This document shows positions 11,401-22,136 of a DNA stretch of 63,735 bases, one piece after another. Source of the DNA: Mesotaenium endlicherianum (lineage: Eukaryota); assembly GCA_009602735.1 (NCBI GenBank), contig WELA01003597.1, positions 875,157-938,891 of the forward strand. The letters are read 5' to 3'. Numbering within the stretch: the first letter of the stretch is position 1; each line of letters opens with the position of its first letter. The position numbers were made by a program, and so were the translations under genes. The notes below the pieces were generated by a model. It was not told where the DNA came from and did no database searches. It saw only the letters and a program-made list of their open reading frames with translations.

Positions 11401-12119
11401 TGAAATGAATTGACTTACCAAATAGGCGATTAACAATTAATTATGATCATTATATCAACAAGTAATCTTTATGGATTTTTTGTTAATTGATTAAACGGCA
11501 AAAGGACAACGCACTAGCAGTGAACAACACTCGTAAATCAAATGCAAGTAAACTAGCATCAATATTGCAATCAGTAAACTCATGCATAAGCAAGGTTAGA
11601 AGACAGTGCGTATCAATGGCTTCTCGCCTTGGATTCAGATCTCTCTCAGTCAGCTGTACAAGAGAGTTGGCCTCGTTTCCGAATGCCGAACTCGAGAGCA
11701 ATGCCTAGCATATGTACATAGAATGAGTTTACTGTTCAACGGCCAGTGCGATGGCACCGCCTACCCGGGAGTTAACCGCGTTGGTAGGACCTCGGTTAAC
11801 CAAATCCATCGCCATCTCCCATCATCCCGAATCGCCATCCATCCTCAAGATGTCATCTGGCCATTCATCTAGCACACCACACTTAGATGCATATTTAGGC
11901 AGTTCGCTGCTATCGAGTACGGAAGTCAGCTAGCTGTCAAATAATGTGTCAGCAAGCTGACCTAAGTTGACTTCAGCCTGCTGCTCCCGGCTAAGTCATT
12001 AAACTGATTATTTTATGAAGTCCAGCAGACTCAATATTAACTAAAGTTCAGCAAGTTGAACTTATTTAACTGTTATATTTGAATGAATATTATGTCTACC
12101 AATATATTGATTCATTACA
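11401..12119 (-). repeat. 5' LTR of element B
   Basis: Homologous to 3185..3901; next to the PBS; bounded by the TSD. Confidence 0.95.
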
Positions 12120-13520
12120 TCCAGAGTACTGGCTTGAACGGTGTAACCGTAACGATGGACAGTATCGATAAAAGGAAAGAACACTCAAGCTATTTGTTTG
12201 AGGACGGCTTTTGGTGGCACAGTGTGCGCATTGCTGTCCCAGAAGGCCGAGTAAGACATGTGCTACTATGCGAAGCGCATGACTCTCCTTACTCTGGTCA
12301 CCAAAACCACACACGCTTTGCGCCGAGGGTACATTTGGCCGTCCCTCAAGGTTGATTTTGCCAAGTACATCGTCAACAGCGCAACATGTGAGAGGAATAA
12401 GCCGCGAAATACGTTGTCAGCTGGGAAGTTGCAACCATTGGAACTTGCATGTGCTCCTTGGGAAAGCATAAGCCTCAACTTTGTTGTGGAATTACCTACC
12501 ACCGATAGAGGACACAATGGGGTGTTAATAGTTGCGGATCGTTTCACTAAGATGGTGCACTTTGTGGCCACTAAACCATCGCTTGATGCCGTCGAGACCG
12601 CGCGTCTCTTCGTGAATCAAGTGTTCAAGTTGCATGGCATGCCAAAAGAAATCATAAGTGATTGTGACAGTGGATTTACGAGATACTTCTGGCAGGAGAT
12701 TTGCTCGCATTTCGGCACGAAGCTTAAGATGTCCACTAGCTTCCATCCTCAGACAGATGGTCAGACAAAACGAGTGAACCGCGTTCTGCAACAGTTCCTT
12801 AGGCATTATGTGAATCCTCGCCAAGACATTTGGGACACCCTCCTTTTAGTTGCAGAGGTCGCAGTAAATAATGCTTATCAGGAAAGTGTTACGGAAACAC
12901 CATTTTTTCTTAGCTATGGGAGACATCCGCACACTCCTCTCACGCTTACGGTACCCTATGAGGCGGGGATGTCAACCATGAGAGTGCCAAGTGCACGCCT
13001 ATTTGTCCATTCTCTTCAAGAGGTGCACAAAAACGCGAAGCTGGCTTTAGCCGCTGCTCGAGATCGACAGAAAACGTTTGCTGACACGCACAAGAGTGAG
13101 TTAGGTTTTCAAGTTGGCAATAAAATTCTTTTGCAAGCTAAAACCTCCAACTCAAGCACCCAGGAAAGCGCAAGCTTCTGCCTCGCTGGGTAGGCCCTTT
13201 TTATCGTTATCGCAAAGGTTGGGCCTGTTGCATACCGACTGGATTTGCTTAAATCCATATGGCGAACGCATCCTGTGTTCCATGTCAGTTTACTAAAGCT
13301 ATTTAGGTCCAATGGCCGCTATCAGCCGCAAGCACCGGAATTGGAACTCGCCGATGATGATAAGGCCTGGGATATAGAGGAGGTCTTAGGACACCGCTAC
13401 ACTCGTCATAAGCCTCCACGCGTGGAACTTTTGATCAAATGGCTTGATTATGATTCCACTTGGAACTCGTACAAACCTCAGGACAAAATCCTACTTAATT
13501 GTAAGGACCTGGTTCAATAG
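12120..13520 (+). pseudogene. pol: pol of element A, part 2 (integrase and chromodomain)
   Basis: [36 protein letters not shown], and chromodomain WDIEEVLGHR...LLIKW. Confidence 0.92.
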
Positions 13521-13754
13521 TATTGGTTACGATGGGCTTCTGCTCAGAAGCTCTGCGCCGAGGTAAGTGTGTTACCAAGCGCTCTTCGTAAGCCTTGAAC
13601 AAACGCAAAAGAGACGCGGCCAAGTAATCGCTCTTTTCCGTCACTGTGATGATGCATAGTCCAATCGCTCACCAGTGTTTTCCGCTAGTCAAGGCTAGTA
13701 TTGGCACATTCAGACTTAAAAGACGTAAGCTTAACGCAAACGTTAAGTTCTTCT

Positions 13755-13767
13755 AAAGGGGGAGGAG
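13755..13767 (+). promoter_or_regulatory. Polypurine tract of element A
   Basis: AAAGGGGGAGGAG directly before TGTAACG. Confidence 0.9.
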
Positions 13768-14685
13768 TGTAACGATCTGAGCTTTTTAAGCGTATTTGGG
13801 ATGTTTTCCCGATTACCTATAATACGTTATACTATTATCATACATTATTTGCTGAATGATTGCATCACACTGAATCATTTGCCACACGCGTGTGCCAATT
13901 AATTCCCGGTCGATTGGCGAAACGACCGAGATACTATTGCAAACAGCGTCGTAACGTAATTCGACCACTTTGCAAAAGTACGACATAATTATTCGTAAAG
14001 TTACTTTGATTAATTATGAGATGATAACTTAAATAATCATTGTTTGATTAAGTTATTATGATTGTCATTGTTTCGGATAATGCACAGTCACAAATTTTGG
14101 GTTTACGACCAGTCGTTAATACGAACAAACAGTCATAAAAGTCAAACGACACATAATATGCAAAGCGACTTTGCATCCGAGCGGATTCGAACCCGCGACC
14201 TGTTGTTTGAAACGTTCACACCTAACCGATTGGCGAAGTAGTTTTTATAACTACCAGTTCATGACAAAAAGCATGTGTACGCAACTCCGCGAGCAGATGC
14301 GTTTTCGGAAAGTTGCGAGAACGCGAAAACGCCCGTTTGGCGCCAAACGATTTTTCGGAAATCGTTGAAAGTTCTCCAAACGGCCAAACAGCGCGTTTCG
14401 AGCATTCAGCCGAAATGGGTTGTACCCCTTCGCCTGTTTTCGTTGACATGAACCAGTGCCCTAGGTGGTGACTCAAAGCACTCCAGTGCCTCACGTTGTG
14501 CAGCTATAAATACTTGCAGAGTCATTATGAGTGCAACTCTCACAAGCACACATTCTTCGTTAGTTTTCATTTTCGCTTCCTCGAGGATTTGTCTATCTGC
14601 ACAAGTGTATAGATTTTCTTTCCACTTCATTTAAATATTCCTTGAATACCGAGGAAAGATTCTCTCAAAAAGCAGAAACGTTACA
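13768..14685 (+). repeat. 3' LTR of element A (~918 bp)
   Basis: Terminal inverted repeat TGTAACG...CGTTACA, follows the PPT, TATAAATA near 14505. Partner LTR is not in the window. Confidence 0.8.
14173..14240 (-). other. tRNA-like segment (Pol III A and B boxes) inside the LTR of A; not a complete tRNA
   Basis: Minus strand TCGCCAATCGGTTAGG (A-box-like) ... GGTCGCGGGTTCGAATCCGC (T-arm/B box); no convincing acceptor or anticodon stem. Confidence 0.55.
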
Positions 14686-15306
14686 GGAAGTCTGGGAGTT
14701 CAGCTTGCTGTGTGCCTCGGAATTCCTTCTCCTCAAGTCATCTTTCACTTGTCATTAATGACGAGGGCCTTCTTGCATGCGCAGGTTTTGGGGGGCGGGA
14801 GGTGGTGGTCTTGGTGCACAAGATTCTGTCGACTGACAGCCGTCAACCTGATAAACAGCCCGTCATAAGTGCTTACGTGATGCAGAAGGGTGAAGGGCAC
14901 GGGGAGCTCTTGCTCACTGTGGAGCCCATGGAAGTGGACCCTAGCCTCATTCCGCATACCTGCAAGGTTGTTCATGGTGCGCCACCGGGGGGCTAGGAGG
15001 AAGAGGGCTGGGTGAAGTCAGAACACGATTTGGTAGTGGAAGGCAAGGAGCCTTACAGGTGTGTAGGTGCTCTCACACAGAACAACGAAGGCCTTTGGAG
15101 GAGGGTAACGGCACCACCTAAGTACTTCCGACTGGGTACTCCCGACGCAACAAGGGAGGCACACAAATCCAAGAACCTGCCCGTAGTGAACCAGGCCATA
15201 TTGCGGTTCATGGATGCTTTCAAGATCTTCAAAAGAAAGAGCCAGAGTGTCACGGGGTGCTACTACCGCTTGCAGAATCTGGATAGCAGTGTCATCGGGG
15301 ACACCA
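14686..15306 (+). pseudogene. CMC-superfamily (CACTA/Plavaka-like) DDE transposase, fragment 1
   Basis: LRFMDAFKIFKRKSQSVTGCYYRLQNLD resembles the CMC first-Asp motif (DGF..F....S....Y....NLP). In frame with fragment 2 once F is removed. Confidence 0.7.
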
Positions 15307-15809
15307 TGTAGTGAAACAGATAGATGAAGTACTTAGTGAAATATAATACTTTATCTATTCAAGACAAGGATCTTTGAACACAAGTGGTAGCTTCTTGAAA
15401 GAGAGATGCCTTTTTGAAAGTTAATATATTTCTGGATTTTGGCAAGTACAAGAGTGATTCTGGAATGTCTTTCTATGTTCTAGCTCTTGTTTATATACTT
15501 GCTACATAAGTAATTTCTAGGAAGGTGTATGTTGATGTGTTGGCACCCAACACATCCCAAAACTTGCCACCTCTTTCTAGAATAATGTACACATGTCCTT
15601 TTGACCTAAAAATAGCAGATTTGACTTTTGCCACGTGGAGTTCTTCTAGGTCTTTCCTCTAACTTCGAAAATGCCTTAGAAGGTTCAAAGGACATGAACC
15701 AAGTCACTAGAGTACCTATTCACACTTGAACCCACACAATACTACTCCAAATATATTTGAAAACATTGAAATATATGCAAACTAATATATAATAACTCAA
15801 ATCACTACA
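15307..15809 (-). repeat. 3' LTR of element F
   Basis: Near-identical to 21634..22136 (about a dozen differences by eye). Confidence 0.96.
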
Positions 15810-15846
15810 TCACCCCCCCGATAAAAAAAGCGACGTCTCGGCGCGT

Positions 15847-15970
15847 CAAGTCAGGTCTTACACATGTGGAGCAAACTAGTCAACAGTTTCAAGTCAGATG
15901 CCACACATGTGAAGAGGACTAGTCAAAGGCGCCAAGTCAGGTGCTACACATGTAAGGTAGACTAGGCAAG
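15847..15970. repeat. Three ~43-bp tandem units in the F 3' UTR
   Basis: CAAGTCAG....ACACATGT.....ACTAG recurs at 15847, 15890, 15933. Confidence 0.8.
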
Positions 15971-16297
15971 GTCGTAGGTGGTGTGACCTTATTGGCTAGC
16001 CTACTCCTTAATGATAAAGAAAATTGTACAAGTTGGCCCAGAATCTGCAACAAATTCAAAAATTCATAGCGTCCATAGAATTGCTCCAAATCTAAAAATT
16101 TGAGTGCCAGACGGACCGCGTTGGAGAACTCTACCGGGTCACCAAATTTGAGAGCATTCTAATTTCTGGAGTGTCGTTGAGAGCTGAGAGAGTAGGCACT
16201 CCTCCAAATCTGTGCAGAAACTTCTGAAAATCATAAATCCTTATATACTTCTCCAAATTTTGCAAAGTAAGTCTCAAAATGGGCGCTGTAAAATGTT

Positions 16298-16531
16298 CTA
16301 CCAGATTCTTGAGTTTCAAAGCATTTCAAGTTAGGGCACAATGTCAGAAGGCATATTCTGCCCTACCAAGGCCAGCAACTTGACCCCCTTCTACTTAGAG
16401 CATCATATCTCTACCAGAGTCTTGAGTTTCAGAGCATTCCAAGTTCAGGGGAGGGCACAATGTGAGAAGGCGTATTCTGCCCTAACAATGCCAGCAGCTT
16501 GACCCCCTTCTACTTAGAGCATCATATCTCT
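16298..16531. repeat. Two ~113-120-bp tandem units in the F 3' UTR
   Basis: CTACCAGA...TTGACCCCCTTCTACTTAGAGCATCATATCTCT starts at 16298 and 16411. Confidence 0.85.
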
Positions 16532-16691
16532 CTCACCAATGCTCCAAATTGAGCAAACTTGGACTCTGAATGACCGGCTACTTATGGACTACAGCCAGGT
16601 TAATTTTCAGAATTTATTAAGTAGAGACCTATCACCAGTAGCAGTTTTAGTTTTCTTTCTAGAAACTGTGAGAAGAGAAGAGTGTCTAATG

Positions 16692-19600
16692 TCATTTTTT
16701 CCTCTTTCTTGTTCTTGCAGGCTGCCTCCAAGGGGTCTTCTGCTGCTTCTTGATGGTGGCAGGCTGCCTCCCTGAAGTCTTCGGGCTTCTAGTAGAGAGA
16801 CTTGGGGCTGGTCCAAGATGGGGGTTGGCGGCATGGAAGCGCTTCAACTTTCTCTGAACTTTGTCAAGGTAGTGCGCCGCCACCCAACTATTCGCCGGAT
16901 CTGGATATCCTTTCCACTTGATCAAGTATTGCTGCTGTCTCCTGAAATTTCTCATAGCTACTATGTCTTCCACTTCGTACTCCAAATGATCATCCACTAT
17001 TGTTGGGGCTGGTGGGGTTGTCACACGTCCTGGGAACTTGTTGTCGGGTTGCACATATGGCTTGAAGAGGGAAGCGTGGAATACGGGGTCGATGTGCATA
17101 GTCTGGGGAAGTTCTAGCTTGAAAGCAACGGGGTTGACTTGCTGGATAATCTTGAAGGGTCCCAAATACTTGGGAGAGAACTTGCTGCCGGCAGGCCTGT
17201 TGTTCAGGGAAATATTCTTGGATGATAGTAACACGTTGTCACCCACTCTGTACGTAATTTCTCTTATGGATCTGTTTGCCACTCTTGCATGAGCATCTTG
17301 CGCGTTTTGTAGAGCTTTCTTCGCTGCTGTAAGGGCTGATTCTAATGTCTCCATAACATCTGTGGCTGCAGGTACTTCATCAAGGCCAGCCGTGAAGCTC
17401 AGCGGCGTGGTTGGATGGAAGCCATAGTTGAGGAAGAATGGGGACTCTTGGGTAGAGGCTTGCGTTGTGTTGTTGTAGGCAAACTCCAGGGGGGTCANNN
17501 NNNNNNNNNNNNNNNNNNNNNNNNNNNNNNNNNNNNNNNNNNNNNNNNNNNNNNNNNNNNNNNNNNNNNNNNNNNNNNNNNNNNNNNNNNNNNNNNNNNN
17601 NNNNNNNNNNNNNNNNNNNNNNNNNNNNNNNNNGTAGACATATCCAGCGATGTGCCCAAGTTCTTGAAGAGATTTTTCCAGAAATGGCTTGTAAATCTTG
17701 GATCTCTATCTGACACAATTCTTGATGGTAGTCCATGGAGTCGGAAGATGTTGTCAAAGATGAGTCTTGCAAGTTGTGGTGCTGTAGCCTTAGTCGTCGT
17801 GGGAATAAAATGAGCCATCTTGGTAAGTCTGTCCACCACCGTGAGTATTGCATTATGGCCTCGAGGTGTCACGGGCAAGTCCACGATAAGGTCCATTGAG
17901 ATGTCCGTCCATTGTCTTTCGGGGATTGGTAGTGGTTGGAGGAGTCCTCCCGCCTTTTGCGATGATGGCTTGATTCTTTGGCATGTGTCACAGCTCCTGC
18001 AGTACTCCTTGACTTGCTTAGACATGCCTGGCCAACAATAAGTCCTAGCTAGAACGCCCGTGGTCCTTAGGATTCCAAAGTGTCCTCCAAGATGGTTGTC
18101 GTGTGCTTCTCGTAGAAGCAAGAGCCGGAGGTCTATGTCATAAGGAACACATCTCTGGCCCGTATCTTGCCTCACCCAATAATTGCCTTCTTGCTTCTTG
18201 CATGGGTCCAAGGCTGCTTCTCCGTTCTTGTAGTAAGGGTCTCTTTCATAGGCGGCTGAAAATCGAGCTTCCAGATCTGTCTTCAGGGATACCATCACTG
18301 CATTTAATTGCAGTCTTGAGAGGGGGTCAGCCGGGTTTGTCTTGCCGGGCTGGTACTGAATCGTGATGTTGTATTGTTGCAAGTATCCGCTCCATCTTGC
18401 TTGTCTCCTTGAGAGATACGGCTGCGTTTGGAGGTGCTTTAACGCCTCGTGGTCCGTGGTGACCAGTACTTTGCGTCCTTCAACGTAGCAGCGCCAAACC
18501 TTCAAGGCATGTACAATCGCCAATGCCTCTCGCTCCGTGGTTGTATAATTTTGCTCGGCTGGATTTAGCTTCCTTGACTCGTAGGCGATGGGCTGCAGTC
18601 CCTTGCCTTGGTCTTGAAGCAGGATTGCTCCTATTGCATAGGAAGATGCATCGGTGATGACGTGGAAGGGCCAATCTGGGTTTGGACTTGGGAGTGTGAG
18701 CACCGGGGATGTGGTCAATCTTCGCTTTAACTCTTGAAATGCCTCTTCCTCTTTCTCGGTCCATGTATATAGCCTGTCCTATATACAGATATGAGTAGAT
18801 CTGTCAGGGGGGCTGCTATGTGCGAGAAGCCTTGGATGAATTTTCTGTATCAATTGGCAAATCCCAAGAATGACTGGAGTTCTTTCTTGGTCGTGGGGGT
18901 TGGCCATTCCTCCACCACCGTGGTCTTCTTGGGGTCTATCTTGATGCCATCAGCAGTCACGTGGAGACCTAGGAACTCCACTTCTTGTTTGGCAAACTCG
19001 CATTTTGACTCCTTCGCAAACAGCTTGTTTTGCTTCAATACTTCAAGGACTTCTTTCAAGTGTCTCGCATGCTCTTCAAGGGTCTTGCTGTAGATAAGGA
19101 TGTCATCGATGAATACCACCACAAATCTGTCCAACATGGGCTGAAATATGGTGTTCATCATAGTCATGAAAGTTACTGGCGCGTTGGTGAGTCCAAATGG
19201 CAGGACCATGTACTCAACATGTCCATATCTTGCCCTGAATGCCGTCTTCTCTATGTCCGGTTCTGCGATGCAAATTTGGTGGTAGCCGCTCCGTAAGTCA
19301 ATCTTCGTGAAGTACTTGGCTCCAACCAGCCGGTCCATGAGCTCATCCATGCGCGGCAGCGGGTATCGATTCTTGATGGTGATCTTGTTGAGGGCGCGAT
19401 AGTCCACACACATCCTCAAGGTACCATCTTTCTTCTTGACAAATAGCACCGGGGCTCCAAATGGCGACTTGCTAGGTCGAATGAAGCCATGCTCCAGTAG
19501 CTCCTTGATTTGCTTCTTGACTTTGTCTAGCTCCGTGTATGACATTTTGAACGTAGGCCGAGAGATGGGCTCGCTTCCGGGCTCCAACTCTATCTTGTGG

Positions 19601-20337
19601 TCTACGAATCTTTTGGGGGGTAGGCCCTTGGGCAATTCCGGGGAGAACACTTCTTTGTAGTCCTCTAAGACTTCTTGTATCTCCTTGGGAACGGGGCTGC
19701 CTTCTTGACTCTCGATGTCTTTCTTGATGTCTTTTGGCGTGATCAAGGCCAAAAGAAGCTCGTGTCCCTTCCTCACAAGTCTCTTGAGTTGGAGGGCGGA
19801 CAATAGTATCTCGTGTGCCGGCTTCTGGATGTCTTGGGTCTGGATATTCTGGATTGCGCGCAAAATACAGATTCTTGAAGTGATGTCATTCTTGATCTTG
19901 ATAGTACCGGTCCTCCAATCAACTTGGGGGTTGTGCTTGGTCAACCAAGGCGTCCCTAGGATGACGTCGTACTTGCCCAATTGCATGGGGGAGAACACTA
20001 CTCTATCCTTGAAGGACTTGATAGAGAGTGCCAAGGGGTACGTCTTCTTGGAAGGGGTAGTATAGGAGAATCCATCGGGCATCATAATCTCCTCGTCGTG
20101 GTCAAGAGTTCGCATAGTAATACCGTGCTTGGTGGCAAAATCTGCAGCAATGAAGTTGCCTTGAGCTCCGCTATCCACCAAGATGTGGACCTTCTCTCCT
20201 CCAAGGTAACCTCTCAAACTCATTGGGGCTGGAACGTCGTCTTCAACGGGGGTCTCCACCTCACTTGGCGTGTTGCCTTCTCGTGAAGTGGGTCTTGGGG
20301 TGGTAGGCTCCTGGCCTACCGGCGCTGTCCGTTTTTT
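16692..20337 (-). pseudogene. pol: pol of element F (PR-RT-RNaseH-INT-chromodomain); at least one lesion near 18720-18850, plus an assembly gap
   Basis: [55 protein letters not shown], and EYEVEDIV...YLIKWKGY. Confidence 0.94.
17498..17633. other. Assembly gap (N run) within the F integrase
   Basis: Run of N. Confidence 0.99.
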
Positions 20338-21446
20338 GACAACTTTTTGGGGCATGAAAGTGCACGATGGCCCTTTTCCTTGCAATAAAAGCATAGTCCA
20401 GCCGTCATGAGAGCTTCTTTTTCAGCCGGGGAGAGTCTTGCTTTCACTCCTTGCTGGTTTCTTGCATCATAAGTGTCATTGGAGGGTCTTCCACTCTCCC
20501 GAGCAGCCGCGGGGTCCCTTTTAATAACTCCGATTTCCATGGGTGTGGGTCCAGATTCGGACGTGGAAGGGGCTGCGTACACCCGCGTCGCCGGAAGCCG
20601 TGAAGATGGAGGCACGGAGTGCTTGAAATCCAAGGTATCCACCTTTTGGGCCACTTCAATGATCTTTGAGAAGTCCGTCAAGTCGCGTAATTCCACTTCC
20701 TTTGCCACCTTGGGTTTGAGGCCAAAGATGTAGCGGTCAATCTTCTCCTCGAGAGACATGTTGGGGATCTCAAGAGTGAGGGCGTGAAATCTGGATGTAT
20801 ACTCTTGAACGGACGTCGTTTGCTTGAGATGGTGGAGCTTTCCTCGGGCAATCTTCTCCGCATTGATGGGCATGAATTGCTTCTTGAGGGCCTCACGAAA
20901 ATCTGCCCATCTTGCATATGATGGTGGGGGCTCTTGGCCGAGCATGGGGTGCGCCATAGCTTGATATATAGCCGCTTGATAGTTACGCCACCATGATGTT
21001 GCTGCTCCTCTAAGTAAGGTAACGGCAAAGGGAACGTAGTCCTCCTCGGGTACTTCAAGGAACGCGAGGTACGTCTCCACTTGGTAGAGCCATAAATTCA
21101 GGTTGGCACCTTTCCCGGGGTTGAAAGTGTCGGGTTTGCCGGGCTTGATGAGTTTCCTTGCTCTCGTTGGCTCTTGTGGAGGCGCTTGAGCCGGGGTTGG
21201 ATTTTGAGCATTGCTCGCAATAGAGGCAACCATGGCAGCCATAGCTTCTCTTGACGCTTGCACGGTTGCTTCATAGGTGGCCAAGCCCACTTGGTTGTGG
21301 ACGGTCATTAGGAAGGCTGCCCACTCATTTGCGGGAACTCCTTGTGGTGGGGTCAACTTTGCTATAGCGGCTGCCACGGGATTTGACGGTGCTCCTCCTT
21401 GTGGTGCTTCTTGTTGTTGCAGATTTCCTTGAGTAGGCTCTCCCAT
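20316..21446 (-). CDS. gag: Gag of element F (376 aa, open)
   Basis: [34 protein letters not shown], and zinc knuckle [14 protein letters not shown]. Confidence 0.93.
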   Translation of the reverse strand: MGEPTQGNLQQQEAPQGGAPSNPVAAAIAKLTPPQGVPANEWAAFLMTVHNQVGLATYEATVQASREAMAAMVASIASNAQNPTPAQAPPQEPTRARKLIKPGKPDTFNPGKGANLNLWLYQVETYLAFLEVPEEDYVPFAVTLLRGAATSWWRNYQAAIYQAMAHPMLGQEPPPSYARWADFREALKKQFMPINAEKIARGKLHHLKQTTSVQEYTSRFHALTLEIPNMSLEEKIDRYIFGLKPKVAKEVELRDLTDFSKIIEVAQKVDTLDFKHSVPPSSRLPATRVYAAPSTSESGPTPMEIGVIKRDPAAARESGRPSNDTYDARNQQGVKARLSPAEKEALMTAGLCFYCKEKGHRALSCPKKLSKNGQRR

Positions 21447-21633
21447 CGACGCTGGAGGAGGGTGTACTCCTCCTTGTGGTGCTTCTTATTGTTGCAGATT
21501 TTCTTGAGTGGGCTCTCCCATCGGCGCTGGAGGAGGGTGTCTTGGAGAGGAAGGGCTTCCTTCGAAAGCTTGCTGTTGGTCTTGAGGATCGGCCATCTTC
21601 TTGTGCTACCAAAGTGCCTAGCTCCGATACCAC

Positions 21634-22136
21634 TGTAGTGAAACAGATAGATAAAGTACTTAGTAAAACAGAATACTTTATCTATTCAAGACAAGGATCT
21701 TTGAACACAAGTGGTAGCTTCTTGAAAGAGAGATGGCTTCTTGAAAGTTAATATATTTCTGGATTTTGGCAAGTACAAGAGTGATTCTGGAATGTCTTTC
21801 TATGTTCTAGCTCTTGTTTATATACTTGCTACATAAGTAATTTCTAGGAAGGTGTATGTTGATGTGTTGGCACCCAACACATCCCAAAACTTGCCACCTC
21901 TTTCTAGAATAATGTACACATGTCCTTTTGACCTAAAAATGGCACATTTGACTTTTGCCACGTGGAGTTCTTCTAGGTCTTTCGTCTAACTTCGAAAATG
22001 CCTTAGAAGGTTCAAAGGACATGAACCAAGTCCCTAGAGTACCTATTCACACTTGAATCCACACAATACTACTCCAAATATATTTGAAAACATTGAAATA
22101 TATGCAAACTAATATATAATAAGTCAAATCACTACA
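21634..22136 (-). repeat. 5' LTR of element F
   Basis: Adjacent to the PBS; direct repeat of 15307..15809. Confidence 0.96.

Larger units (their letters stand above)
3185..12119 (-). mobile_element. Element B: full-length chromovirus of family B with extra ORF3; TSD TCCAG
   Basis: Two homologous ~718-bp LTRs with TG...CA ends. Exact 5-bp TSD TCCAG at 3180-3184 and 12120-12124. PBS, PPT, gag, pol, chromodomain. Confidence 0.96.
1..14685 (+). mobile_element. Element A: degenerate Ty3/Gypsy chromovirus LTR retrotransposon; 5' LTR outside the window; interrupted by element B (3185..12119)
   Basis: Domain order gag(CCHC)-PR-RT-RNaseH-INT-chromodomain, then PPT and LTR. Removing B and one TCCAG TSD restores the frame ...YLKDPLFLNIQ|STGLNG...EAHDSPYSGH. 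Confidence 0.93.
15307..22136 (-). mobile_element. Element F: near-intact chromovirus of a separate family; TSD CACCA/CACAA
   Basis: 503-bp LTRs with TGTAGTG...CACTACA ends; PBS TGGTATCGGAGC at 21621-21632; G-rich PPT at 15810-15820; gag, pol, chromodomain. Confidence 0.96.

Noticed and set aside
11820..11865. Hammerhead-like CAGATGA-stem-GATG on the minus strand of the family B LTR
   Set aside because: The core should read CUGAUGA and GAAA. Both deviate in the copies examined, and no stem I/III with a UH site was evident.
11483..11933. Recurring 60-115 aa ORFs in the LTRs (MAPPTRELT..., MRINGFSP...)
   Set aside because: They recur only because the LTR is repeated; starts and stops vary and both strands are open.
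14173..14240. Functional tRNA gene
   Set aside because: The T-stem is one base short and no acceptor or anticodon stem could be built; kept only as tRNA-like.
15847..15970. CRISPR-like array
   Set aside because: Degenerate head-to-tail units without unique spacers, in a eukaryotic retrotransposon UTR, with no cas genes.
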